Below are positions 16,253 to 24,099 of a stretch of DNA of 54,992 nt, piece after piece. Numbering within the stretch: the stretch's first letter is position 1; each line of letters starts with the position of its first letter. Below the pieces are notes generated by a model. It was not told the DNA's origin. It made no database searches and saw only the letters and a program-made list of their open reading frames with translations. This DNA comes from Clostridia bacterium (GTDB lineage Bacteria > Bacillota > Clostridia > Oscillospirales > CAG-272): the NCBI GenBank assembly GCA_900753295.1, contig CAADYQ010000066.1:1-54992 (forward strand), written 5' to 3'. Made by a program: the position numbers and the translations under genes.

Positions 16253-18244
16253 TTAATCTTTTTTGAAAAATGCTCCGACCCAGCCGTCAGCGCCGAGGGG
16301 CAGTCCCTCAGCCCACGGGATCGGGGTTGACATGATCTTGACCACCTTGTCAAGCATGGCGTCGTTGGCGTCAAATGCTGCGGTGTCGATGACCACCTCG
16401 TCATGGATGTGGAAAACCACGGGCAGCCCGGCAGCTTCAAGATGTTCAATGGCCTGCGCCAGACAGTCGCGGGCAATAGCCTGTACGACGTTCTCCACCA
16501 GCTTTCCGCCGTAGGTTTCGATGCGGCCCCACTTGTTCTTGTCGTTCACGCCCATATAAGTGATGGACGGACCGCCCCAGCGGTTTTCTCCGACAGAGGG
16601 TTCGACATAGTAGAGCTTGCGACCGGAGGGAAGCGAGACGGTCATGCAGGTCGTACCACGGATGCAGTCGCACTCCCGCGCGAAGGTGCAGCAACGAACA
16701 CGGAGAGAACCGCCGTTCTGGATGACGCGGATCGCCGCGTCATTGAAGCTGTACCAAAGGTTGCGAATTTTTGGGTTTGTGTTGCGCCACTTGTCCACAA
16801 TGTCTTTGATTTCCTCGTCCGGCAGGTCAGCAAGTAGCTTGCCGGTGTCCATCTGCCGCATGGCGGGAACGCCACCCTGATAGCCGAGGGCCAATTCTGC
16901 GACCTTGCCGCGCTGTCGGAGGGAATATTCGGGGTTGCCCTTCTTGATCCGTTCCAGCGGGACACCGAACATCTGAGAGGCGGACGCTTCATAGATTTTG
17001 CCGTGTGTGCGGAAAACCTCAAGCCGCCACTCCTCGTCGGCCAGCCACGATATGACGCGGGCTTCGATGGCGGAGAAATCGGCGTCGATTAGGACGTTGC
17101 CGGGGGCAGCCACAAACGCGGTGCGGATAAGCTGTGACAGCGTATCATTCGGAGAGCCGTAGACCGTCCGCAGCGCGTCGAGCTTACGGCCCTTGACCAG
17201 CTCACGGGCGAATTCCAGCGGCTCCGTGTAGGTTCGGGGCAGATTCTGGACCTGCACCAGACGTCCGGCCCAGCGCCCCGTCCGGTTTGCGCCGTAGAAC
17301 TGAAGCAGCCCACGGACGCGCCCGTCGTCGCACACAGCGGCCTCGATGGCGTCGTATTTCTTGGTGCTGGTTTTACCCAGCTCCTGCCGGATTTCCAGCA
17401 TCCGCTGAACGTGGTCGGCGTTGTCGCGGCCCAGCAGCTCTTTGATCGTCTCCTTGCGGAGAGAGGTAATGTCGTCGCCGGTTTCAGCGGACAGCCAGCG
17501 GGCAAGCTGCTTGACGCTGTTGGGGTTTTGCAGCCCGGAAAGCTGGACGGCCTCGTCGGTGAGCTGCGCGCGGATGGTTTCGCCCAGCTCCAACGCGCCC
17601 TCGCAGAAATCCATATCGACTGCCACACCGCGCGCGTTGATAAGAAGATCCGTTTCCCACTGCTTCTGAACGAAATCCGGCACAGGAAACACGGATAGAC
17701 GGCGTTCGATCTCCATTTCTGCCACAACGTCTTGACCGTTGTAGGTCTTGAATAGCTCCCATTTTTCGGGGTCGTGGTGCGGGTAGTTTCGTGTCCTGCC
17801 GCCGTTCGACTTCGTGGGCTTGCAGGGCACACAGAAATAGCGGATCAGGGCCTTGCCGGTAGCCAGTTTCTGTTTATCCTCCGGAATGCCCAGCGCCCGG
17901 CCTGTCGCGTCCAGACCTGCGGTGTAACCGGCATACAGGCCGTGCAGCATCGTGTCACGCCACTGTGAAGGCGGGAGCTGTGCGCCCATGTACTTACTGA
18001 GGCAGTACCATTCAAAGGCCGCATTGTAGGCGTGCTTCAGGCACTGCGGGTCTGTCAGTGCGTGAATAACTTCCAGAGGGATTTTTTCGCCCTGCGCCAT
18101 GTCAATGACCTGAGTGGGCGCACCGTCGAAGCTGTACGCGAAAAGCAGAATCTCAAAGGCGGGGCTTTGCACATAGCGGTAAAGACCGGTCTTCTTCAGG
18201 TTCACGTCCGAATACGTTTCGAGGTCGATACTGAGGTGGATCAC
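16253..18244 (-). CDS. Family-A DNA polymerase with N-terminal 3'-5' exonuclease
   Basis: Exo I SIDLETYS. Pol motif A DADFSAIEARV, motif B RQRGKVAELALGYQGG, motif C HIHDEVVI. Confidence 0.9.
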   Translation of the reverse strand: MIHLSIDLETYSDVNLKKTGLYRYVQSPAFEILLFAYSFDGAPTQVIDMAQGEKIPLEVIHALTDPQCLKHAYNAAFEWYCLSKYMGAQLPPSQWRDTMLHGLYAGYTAGLDATGRALGIPEDKQKLATGKALIRYFCVPCKPTKSNGGRTRNYPHHDPEKWELFKTYNGQDVVAEMEIERRLSVFPVPDFVQKQWETDLLINARGVAVDMDFCEGALELGETIRAQLTDEAVQLSGLQNPNSVKQLARWLSAETGDDITSLRKETIKELLGRDNADHVQRMLEIRQELGKTSTKKYDAIEAAVCDDGRVRGLLQFYGANRTGRWAGRLVQVQNLPRTYTEPLEFARELVKGRKLDALRTVYGSPNDTLSQLIRTAFVAAPGNVLIDADFSAIEARVISWLADEEWRLEVFRTHGKIYEASASQMFGVPLERIKKGNPEYSLRQRGKVAELALGYQGGVPAMRQMDTGKLLADLPDEEIKDIVDKWRNTNPKIRNLWYSFNDAAIRVIQNGGSLRVRCCTFARECDCIRGTTCMTVSLPSGRKLYYVEPSVGENRWGGPSITYMGVNDKNKWGRIETYGGKLVENVVQAIARDCLAQAIEHLEAAGLPVVFHIHDEVVIDTAAFDANDAMLDKVVKIMSTPIPWAEGLPLGADGWVGAFFKKD

Positions 18245-18255
18245 GTCGCACCTCC

Positions 18256-18627
18256 TTATCGCTGGAAGGCTTCAGAGCTGGAATAAAGGCTGAGAACGTT
18301 CTTGGTGTTGACACCGCGCTCCTGAAGCTCCTCGATCATGGACTTGAACAGCGGGGTTGACTGCACATACTCGACCAGCTCCGCGTCGCTCAAGCTGGTT
18401 ACGTTCTTGAGGGACTGCTTGCGGTCATCAGCGTTGAAGGGCGTCCAGACCGTATCAGAGAAGGTCGCGTGCTCAATGTCAGCCACGAGGATGGAAAGCG
18501 TCCGAGCGGGCTTCTGAACGAGCATACGCACTGTGTTCAGCAAATGCAGCGTCTCCATGTTGCCCACGGGGACAGCCTCGCCGACGCCGGTGATCCAAAC
18601 GCCGGAATAGTCAAAACGGGTTTTCAT
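18256..18627 (-). CDS. Hypothetical phage protein (123 aa)
   Basis: Lies between the SSB-like gene and the polymerase. AAGGAGG RBS. No motif recognised. Confidence 0.45.
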   Translation of the reverse strand: MKTRFDYSGVWITGVGEAVPVGNMETLHLLNTVRMLVQKPARTLSILVADIEHATFSDTVWTPFNADDRKQSLKNVTSLSDAELVEYVQSTPLFKSMIEELQERGVNTKNVLSLYSSSEAFQR

Positions 18628-18693
18628 ATTTGCCTCCTTTGTGTCCTTGCCGGGCAGGCGGTCACTGTGTAGCCGCCTGCCCAGCGCTGTGGT

Positions 18694-19404
18694 TTACATG
18701 GGCTGACCGGTGATGGGGTTGATCTGACCGGGAGTGTAATCGGCCTGCGGCTGAACGCCGCCAGCGGGATAACCGCCGTAGCCGGGGACAGGCGTTGCGG
18801 GCATGGCCGCGCCGTACTGACCGGTAGCATAGCCCTGCGTGGGGGTCGCCTGAACGCCGCCGACACCGGCGAACTCAGCAGCAGTAACAACGGAGTTGCT
18901 GAGCGGTTCGCCGTCGCGGGTCTTCATCACGGCGCGCAGGCCGCAGCCGACGCCGCGCTTGCCAGCAGAGTTGTAGGCATAGAAGTTGATGGACACGCGG
19001 GCGTACATACCGCTGTAGATGTCCGTGGGGGCCAGCTCGCAGTTCACATTGTCCGCGCCGCAGACATAGGGCTTGTTCTTGCTGGATGCGGTCACGACCC
19101 AGCAGCCACGGCATTCCTCACCAAAAGGCTCACCGGAGGGGCGCACACCGTCACCGTCATGGACAACGGATTCGATGCGGGCGGGACGGACACCATTCCA
19201 CTTGGCGTTGACGCCGACCTCGGCGGCGGCGTTCATGGCCGCGTCAAGCTCCTGCTTGATAGTCGGGTTGGACTTAGGGATCAGCAGCGTGACGCTGAAC
19301 TTCGGGTCGCCCACGCCGTTCTGCGGCGCACGGGCGGTCACGAGGTTGCAGTAAGACAGGCGGCATTCGGGGGTGAGAACTCTTTTCGGATCATTCTGAT
19401 ACAT
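18694..19404 (-). CDS. DUF2815-family protein (T7 gp2.5-like ssDNA-binding protein) with a Gly/Pro/Tyr-rich tail
   Basis: VLTPECRLSYCNLVTA...KFSVTLLIPK opening and its position after DUF2800 are typical of DUF2815. The C-terminal tail is low complexity. Confidence 0.65.
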   Translation of the reverse strand: MYQNDPKRVLTPECRLSYCNLVTARAPQNGVGDPKFSVTLLIPKSNPTIKQELDAAMNAAAEVGVNAKWNGVRPARIESVVHDGDGVRPSGEPFGEECRGCWVVTASSKNKPYVCGADNVNCELAPTDIYSGMYARVSINFYAYNSAGKRGVGCGLRAVMKTRDGEPLSNSVVTAAEFAGVGGVQATPTQGYATGQYGAAMPATPVPGYGGYPAGGVQPQADYTPGQINPITGQPM

Positions 19405-19467
19405 GGTTTAATTCCTCCATAAATTTCATTCAGTTCAATATGTTCAGTCCTGCATCCGCAGGTAGGG

Positions 19468-19800
19468 TCAAAGGTTTTTGTAGATCGCGTTGAAGGCGTT
19501 TCGGGTTACGGATTTGAGCGCATTCCGGTTTAGGCGGGGCGCTTCCAGCAGTTCCATAATGGCGGTGAAGGATTCGCAGGCGTCACGGCACATATCCAGA
19601 TAGCCGTCCGCGTTGCCCTCATAATCCTTGACCAGCTCCTGCTGTTCTTGGATTTCCTCCTTCAGCTCTGCGACGCATTCCCGGAAGCAGCGGGCGACAT
19701 CATCTCCGAGCTTTTCGCGCAGCAGCCGTTCAAGAAACACATCCTTGTCCTCGAAAATGACCTCCATGCTGCCGTCATTGAGATATACCGTTTCAGCCAT
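19468..19800 (-). CDS. Hypothetical phage protein (110 aa, helical/acidic)
   Basis: ATG at 19800 overlaps the DUF2800 stop by 8 nt. Confidence 0.45.
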   Translation of the reverse strand: MAETVYLNDGSMEVIFEDKDVFLERLLREKLGDDVARCFRECVAELKEEIQEQQELVKDYEGNADGYLDMCRDACESFTAIMELLEAPRLNRNALKSVTRNAFNAIYKNL

Positions 19801-20989
19801 CGGACGCACCCGCAAACTCAGCGGCACCGACGCAATAGGCTTCGCGGCGGTCGCTTGCCAACGCAAGTGTAGGTTTGCCCTTCGGCTTCGTGACACACTC
19901 GGAAAGCAGCTCCGCAAAGGTCTTTTTGCCGAGCATCTTTTCCAGCTCTGAGAGGGTTTTCGGCTTGCGGTCGAAGATCAGCGCCTCGTCATATCCGGCG
20001 TCGATCAGCTTCCGGACGGCGGTATCAACGTCCGTGAAGGTTCGGTTGCTGCGGCCCTCCACCAGCTTCCAGCCGGGGATTTCGCCGCCGTCAAGCATTG
20101 CGCCGGTGGCGTAGTCCTGAAGGTCCTTGTACCACTGCACCAGACCTTCGGCCTGAATCAGCAGGTCGCCGACTTCGGCATCCGACAGGCACGGGCTTTT
20201 TCCGATCTCACGGCTGCCGTTCGCGGGGGTGAGATTCTTGAAATCCTCAAAGCCGGTAAAGAACGCGGCTCTTGCGGCGCATTGCGCCTTGCCCTTGCAG
20301 AATCGGCAGTGCTCACCGGGGCAGAAGGTTCCGGGGCCGTCGTAGGCTTCCTTTGCAAGGGGTTTGATACTCTCGCCCCATGCAAGCAGATCATCCACAC
20401 TAAGGGCGTCCTCGCTGGCCTCCTGTGACAGCCGGGGCTGACAGATACCCATTGACACCCGCTTGATTTGGTCGCCGTAGATAGGCCCGTAGAGCCTCAG
20501 AGCGCCCAGTGCGTACAGCCGCATTTGCGGGTTGTTTTCGGCCGATACGGGAACGCCCTTGCCGTGCTTGTAGTCGGTGATATGCAGCGTGTCACCGCCG
20601 ATCATGATACAGTCGCAGGTGCCGAAACCGTCCGGGACATAGGCCGTGAGATCGACCTTGACCTCCATTGCCACATGGGGCGGCGTGGCGTACTGCATGG
20701 CCTTCTCCGTGAGATATTCCACATACGCTTCGGCGGTCCGCAGCATCTCGTCAGAGTACAGCGGACGGGCTTGCAGCTTCTTCAGCTCAGAGTTGAATTT
20801 GCGGGTGGACAGGACAGTGAATTTCTTGCGGGCATACAGCTCGCAGATGGCGTGTGCCAGAGTACCTTCCTCCGTATAGGAGCTTGTCCCGTCAGGAAAA
20901 CTCTCCTCGAAATGCGGTGCCGCCGTACAAGCCAGCCAGCGGTGGGCGCTGGATGCGCTCAGAAGGGCGTGTTGTCTGGGGGTAGGCAT
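19793..20989 (-). CDS. DUF2800-family PD-(D/E)xK (Cas4/RecB-like) exonuclease
   Basis: Hallmark N-terminus LLSASSAHRWLACTAAP. DCIMIGGDTLHITDYKHGKG gives D...DYK. C-terminal Cys cluster CPGEHCRFCKGKAQC. Confidence 0.75.
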   Translation of the reverse strand: MPTPRQHALLSASSAHRWLACTAAPHFEESFPDGTSSYTEEGTLAHAICELYARKKFTVLSTRKFNSELKKLQARPLYSDEMLRTAEAYVEYLTEKAMQYATPPHVAMEVKVDLTAYVPDGFGTCDCIMIGGDTLHITDYKHGKGVPVSAENNPQMRLYALGALRLYGPIYGDQIKRVSMGICQPRLSQEASEDALSVDDLLAWGESIKPLAKEAYDGPGTFCPGEHCRFCKGKAQCAARAAFFTGFEDFKNLTPANGSREIGKSPCLSDAEVGDLLIQAEGLVQWYKDLQDYATGAMLDGGEIPGWKLVEGRSNRTFTDVDTAVRKLIDAGYDEALIFDRKPKTLSELEKMLGKKTFAELLSECVTKPKGKPTLALASDRREAYCVGAAEFAGASDG

Positions 20990-21003
20990 TGTCCCACCTC
21001 CCG

Positions 21004-21483
21004 TTAAAGCTGCGCTCCGAGGGCTTTAAGCTCAGCACCAAAAGCGCTGTATGCCTCCTTCGGCAGCTGCGTTACGGCCTGTACACCGAACTTGCCCAGC
21101 AGAGCGAGGAGCTGCGGCATCTTGCCTGCGTCGATCAGCGCCGCACCCGCGCGGCTCAGCGCCTCCACGGTGTAGCTCTCAGCCGGAGCGGCGACCGGCG
21201 CAGTCGGGGCAGCAGTCGTCGGTGCAGTTGGCTGAACAGGGGTGGGTGCAACAGTGCCGGTAGTTGGCGCAGGCTGAACAGGTGTCGTGGGGTTTACGAC
21301 GGGAGCCGCAGGAGCGGGCGCGGCGGGGAAATCAACGTTGACAACGCCTGCGTTGTCGATGTGGTGGTTGTTCCCTCCGTGCTGATGGCAGACGAATTCG
21401 GGCTGCTTGCCGATGGCACCGGCCAGCGCGTTCAGCGCTTCCGGCAATCCGGGGATTTCGATGGTCATTTTGATCTCAAACAT
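21004..21483 (-). CDS. Hypothetical phage protein with a Pro/Ala/Thr-rich central linker
   Basis: 159 aa with PAAPAPAAPVVNPTTPVQPAPTTGTVAPTPVQPTAPTTAAPTAPVAAP between two small folded ends. Confidence 0.45.
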   Translation of the reverse strand: MFEIKMTIEIPGLPEALNALAGAIGKQPEFVCHQHGGNNHHIDNAGVVNVDFPAAPAPAAPVVNPTTPVQPAPTTGTVAPTPVQPTAPTTAAPTAPVAAPAESYTVEALSRAGAALIDAGKMPQLLALLGKFGVQAVTQLPKEAYSAFGAELKALGAQL

Positions 21484-21493
21484 GATTTGCCTC

Positions 21494-22195
21494 CTAAATG
21501 TTCTTCAGATCGTCGATGATTTGTTGCCAGCTTTCAGAAACGTTCAAGACGTGCCTTGAGTATTGACTTGAGTAGTAGCCTTGCTGCCAGAGCTTCGCAG
21601 CGCCGCCCTCGCCACAGTTATAGGCCATGAGGACTTTGTGCTGGTCGCCGTACTTGTCCAGCAGCTCACCGATCAGGAGGACACCGGCAACAATGTTGCC
21701 CTCATAGTCGGTGGGTTCGATCCCAAGTCCGCGCAGGCGATCATAGTTAATCGGATGGACTTGCATCAGGCCCCAGCAGGTGCCGTTGTCTGCATCGAGG
21801 TTGAAGCTGCTTTCGCATTCCGCGATTGCCAGCGCCAGTGCATAGGGAACGCCGTAGTCCTCACACGCCTGCTGCATTACCTCTTGAAGCTCGTAGCTCA
21901 GCGGAATGTCGTCACTGTGTAGGAATCTCTGCCCTTCTGTCTCCTGCGGTACGGCTTCCGGCTCTGTGACCGGCTCGTCCGGTATGGAGGCGGTAGGGGC
22001 TTCGGTTTCCGGCACGGACATTTCAGCCATGGGAGCGGGTGCGGTTTCCTCCGGTGCGGGCGCTGCGTCTGATGCGCAGTTGACGGCAAAGATCGTGATT
22101 ACGACCGCCTCCAATACTGCCAGCACAAAGAGGCCAAGAGCGATACGGCGCAGCCTATTGAGCTGCTGGTGCTGTCGTCTGCGTGTCGTCGTCAT
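21494..22195 (-). CDS. Membrane-anchored lytic transglycosylase (SLT domain)
   Basis: N-terminal TM LGLFVLAVLEAVVITIFAV. SLT catalytic region ALALAIAECESSFN...CWGLMQV...MAYNCG. Start taken at MTTTRRRQ (22195). Confidence 0.8.
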   Translation of the reverse strand: MTTTRRRQHQQLNRLRRIALGLFVLAVLEAVVITIFAVNCASDAAPAPEETAPAPMAEMSVPETEAPTASIPDEPVTEPEAVPQETEGQRFLHSDDIPLSYELQEVMQQACEDYGVPYALALAIAECESSFNLDADNGTCWGLMQVHPINYDRLRGLGIEPTDYEGNIVAGVLLIGELLDKYGDQHKVLMAYNCGEGGAAKLWQQGYYSSQYSRHVLNVSESWQQIIDDLKNI

Positions 22196-22355
22196 AGAAC
22201 TTGCCTTCCTCTCTGCATTTCTGTAGCCACGCTTCGTAGCGGCGCAAAGTCTCCGGATCGGAGTAAAACCGCTCAATGCCCGCAAGCAGCGTCCGGCAGA
22301 GAATATCCATTTGTACCCGCGGAATCTGCGTGCAGTCGATTTTGACGTTGGCCAT
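22155..22355 (-). CDS. Hypothetical early protein (66 aa)
   Basis: First ORF after the Cro-like gene. Overlaps the start of the SLT gene. Confidence 0.4.
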   Translation of the reverse strand: MANVKIDCTQIPRVQMDILCRTLLAGIERFYSDPETLRRYEAWLQKCREEGKFYDDDTQTTAPAAQ

Positions 22356-22372
22356 GATGCTTTCCTCGTTTC

Positions 22373-22594
22373 TTACTGATTAACTGTGGGTTCGCTTGCC
22401 TGCCGCTGCTCAAGGCGTTCAAGCGCATCAATGATGCGCTGCTGGGTCGTGGCGTTGCCCTTCTTGTTGTGGAGAACAGCGGACAGGTACGAGTTCGTCA
22501 GCCCTGCTTCATCTGCAAGCTGCTTGCCCGTAATTGCCGCCATGTGCATACGCCCGACCACTTCAGCGGTCCAGTCGAGAGTCAAAAAATTCAC
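22373..22594 (-). CDS. Cro-like HTH regulator
   Basis: HTH ITGKQLADEAGLTNSYLSAVLHNKKG. Divergent from the cI-like gene. The true start is probably the TTG at 22585, 7 nt after AGGAGG. Confidence 0.6.
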   Translation of the reverse strand: MNFLTLDWTAEVVGRMHMAAITGKQLADEAGLTNSYLSAVLHNKKGNATTQQRIIDALERLEQRQASEPTVNQ

Positions 22595-22840
22595 CTCCTG
22601 AGTAAAAACTTTTGCATTGGCAGTTGAAACTTTTCGACTTTTGTGCTATCATAGATGTGCTACCATTCTTGACAGCTGCGCGGCTCGATTTCATTTCGGA
22701 CTGCGTTTGGCGTTGTTAAGGCCCACTCAGTCTAATATTTTCAACTGACAGCTACATTATAGTACGAAAAATTGAGCTTGTCAATAGGTTTAGGTGAAAA
22801 TTTTGGTCTGTGGTTAAATTTTTCGGACTAAGGTGATCTA
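22595..22840. promoter_or_regulatory. Divergent lysis/lysogeny control region
   Basis: 246-bp AT-richer spacer between the Cro-like and cI-like genes. TGACAGCT occurs twice (22670, 22746). ACTTTT(G/C) occurs three times (22608-22645). Minus-strand CTGTCA-16-TATGAT and plus-strand TATAGT (22758). Confidence 0.5.
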
Positions 22841-23236
22841 ATGAGTTTCTTCGAGCGATATGCAGCCACTTGCACCGAACACGGAATTGAGCCGTGCTCT
22901 CAAAGAGCCGCCGATCTTTTCGGCATTTCACGCTCCACAATTTCTTCATGGAATACGAAAAACACATTTCCCAAAGGCGAAACCGTAGCGGCTATTGCAG
23001 ATGCTTTGGGCGTGTCCGCCGACTACTTGCTGGGGCGTACAGATAATCCGATTGACTATGCGAATAGCGCGCCCGTTGTGGAAGACGTGTCGCGTGACTA
23101 TATGGGGGCTATTCCTGACTTCGTGAGCAAATTCAGAATGCTTGATGACGTCGATAAAGCAAAAGCGGAAGCGTACCTTGACGGGCTGCTTTCCGCCGAT
23201 AAGTACCGGACTGAAATTCAAGCAAAGAACGCCTGA
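22841..23236 (+). CDS. XRE-family cI-like repressor
   Basis: HTH QRAADLFGISRSTISSWNTKNTFPKGETVAAIADALGVSADYLLGRTD. AAGGTGA RBS. Divergent from the Cro-like gene. Confidence 0.75.
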   Translation: MSFFERYAATCTEHGIEPCSQRAADLFGISRSTISSWNTKNTFPKGETVAAIADALGVSADYLLGRTDNPIDYANSAPVVEDVSRDYMGAIPDFVSKFRMLDDVDKAKAEAYLDGLLSADKYRTEIQAKNA

Positions 23237-23260
23237 TACGGCGCAAGGGGAAAATCCTCT

Positions 23261-24094
23261 ATGTCGATTTTCAAAAAAGATTCAAGCCGTTTTGAGCCAA
23301 TACATCCTGCGGAATACTATCAGAATTCCGATGACTGCATTGAGTGTAATGGGGCATACGACTTTACTCGCCTGTCTGCTGGCGAAAACCAGACAATCGT
23401 AGAGGTTCTGCGTGTGGCTGGTAGCGACAAATACACCCCCAAACAACGCGCATTGGGTCTTGCAAGCGAATCCTCCGTAGTCAAATACAAGGCGAGGGCC
23501 ATATTGAACGAAATTGTCGTACAGAGGTACTACGAATCAAAAAGCCCTTTGGACGTACTCGCTGTTGGGTTTGCATACCAAACCAAAGGAGCTATCGGGC
23601 GCCAGCAGGCCATTGTGTACTTTGAGAGATATTTAGGCGCGGCATCATCCCAATTAGTTGCCGAGGCACAGCGTGTTATGTTTGATGCCAACGACCCATT
23701 CTTCAGCTATAAACTGGCTGAGCTTTATGAACAAGAAGGATTATGGGATTCAGCTCTGAGATGTGCGCTCAAAGCCCAAAGCACGGACAAAAATTGCGCT
23801 CCGGCTTTTCCGCTTTTGATCGGTAAAATTTATCGGCATATAAGCCCGGCTGAATCACAAGCGTATCTCCAAAGGTACATGAGAGACGAACGCTACAGAC
23901 CGTATATGCCGCTTTTTCAAAAAGAACTTGATATATCCTCCGAATGGTTGGAAAACTCATACACATACACGCCAAGGCCGTATAAGCCTTCAAAGCGCGC
24001 ACTCCAAATGGAGGCGGACATCAAAGAAACCGCTCACAAGTACATAACAAACGAAAAAGCCCTTCTGCTGGGCGCAGAAGGGCGTAACGGGTAA
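23261..24094 (+). CDS. Unknown 277-aa protein (helical, TPR-like repeats) in the lysogeny operon
   Basis: Lies between the repressor and the integrase on the same strand. Visibly AT-richer than the phage. Helical hairpins such as YKLAELYEQEGLWDSALRCALKA. Confidence 0.5.
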   Translation: MSIFKKDSSRFEPIHPAEYYQNSDDCIECNGAYDFTRLSAGENQTIVEVLRVAGSDKYTPKQRALGLASESSVVKYKARAILNEIVVQRYYESKSPLDVLAVGFAYQTKGAIGRQQAIVYFERYLGAASSQLVAEAQRVMFDANDPFFSYKLAELYEQEGLWDSALRCALKAQSTDKNCAPAFPLLIGKIYRHISPAESQAYLQRYMRDERYRPYMPLFQKELDISSEWLENSYTYTPRPYKPSKRALQMEADIKETAHKYITNEKALLLGAEGRNG

Positions 24095-24099
24095 CAGAC

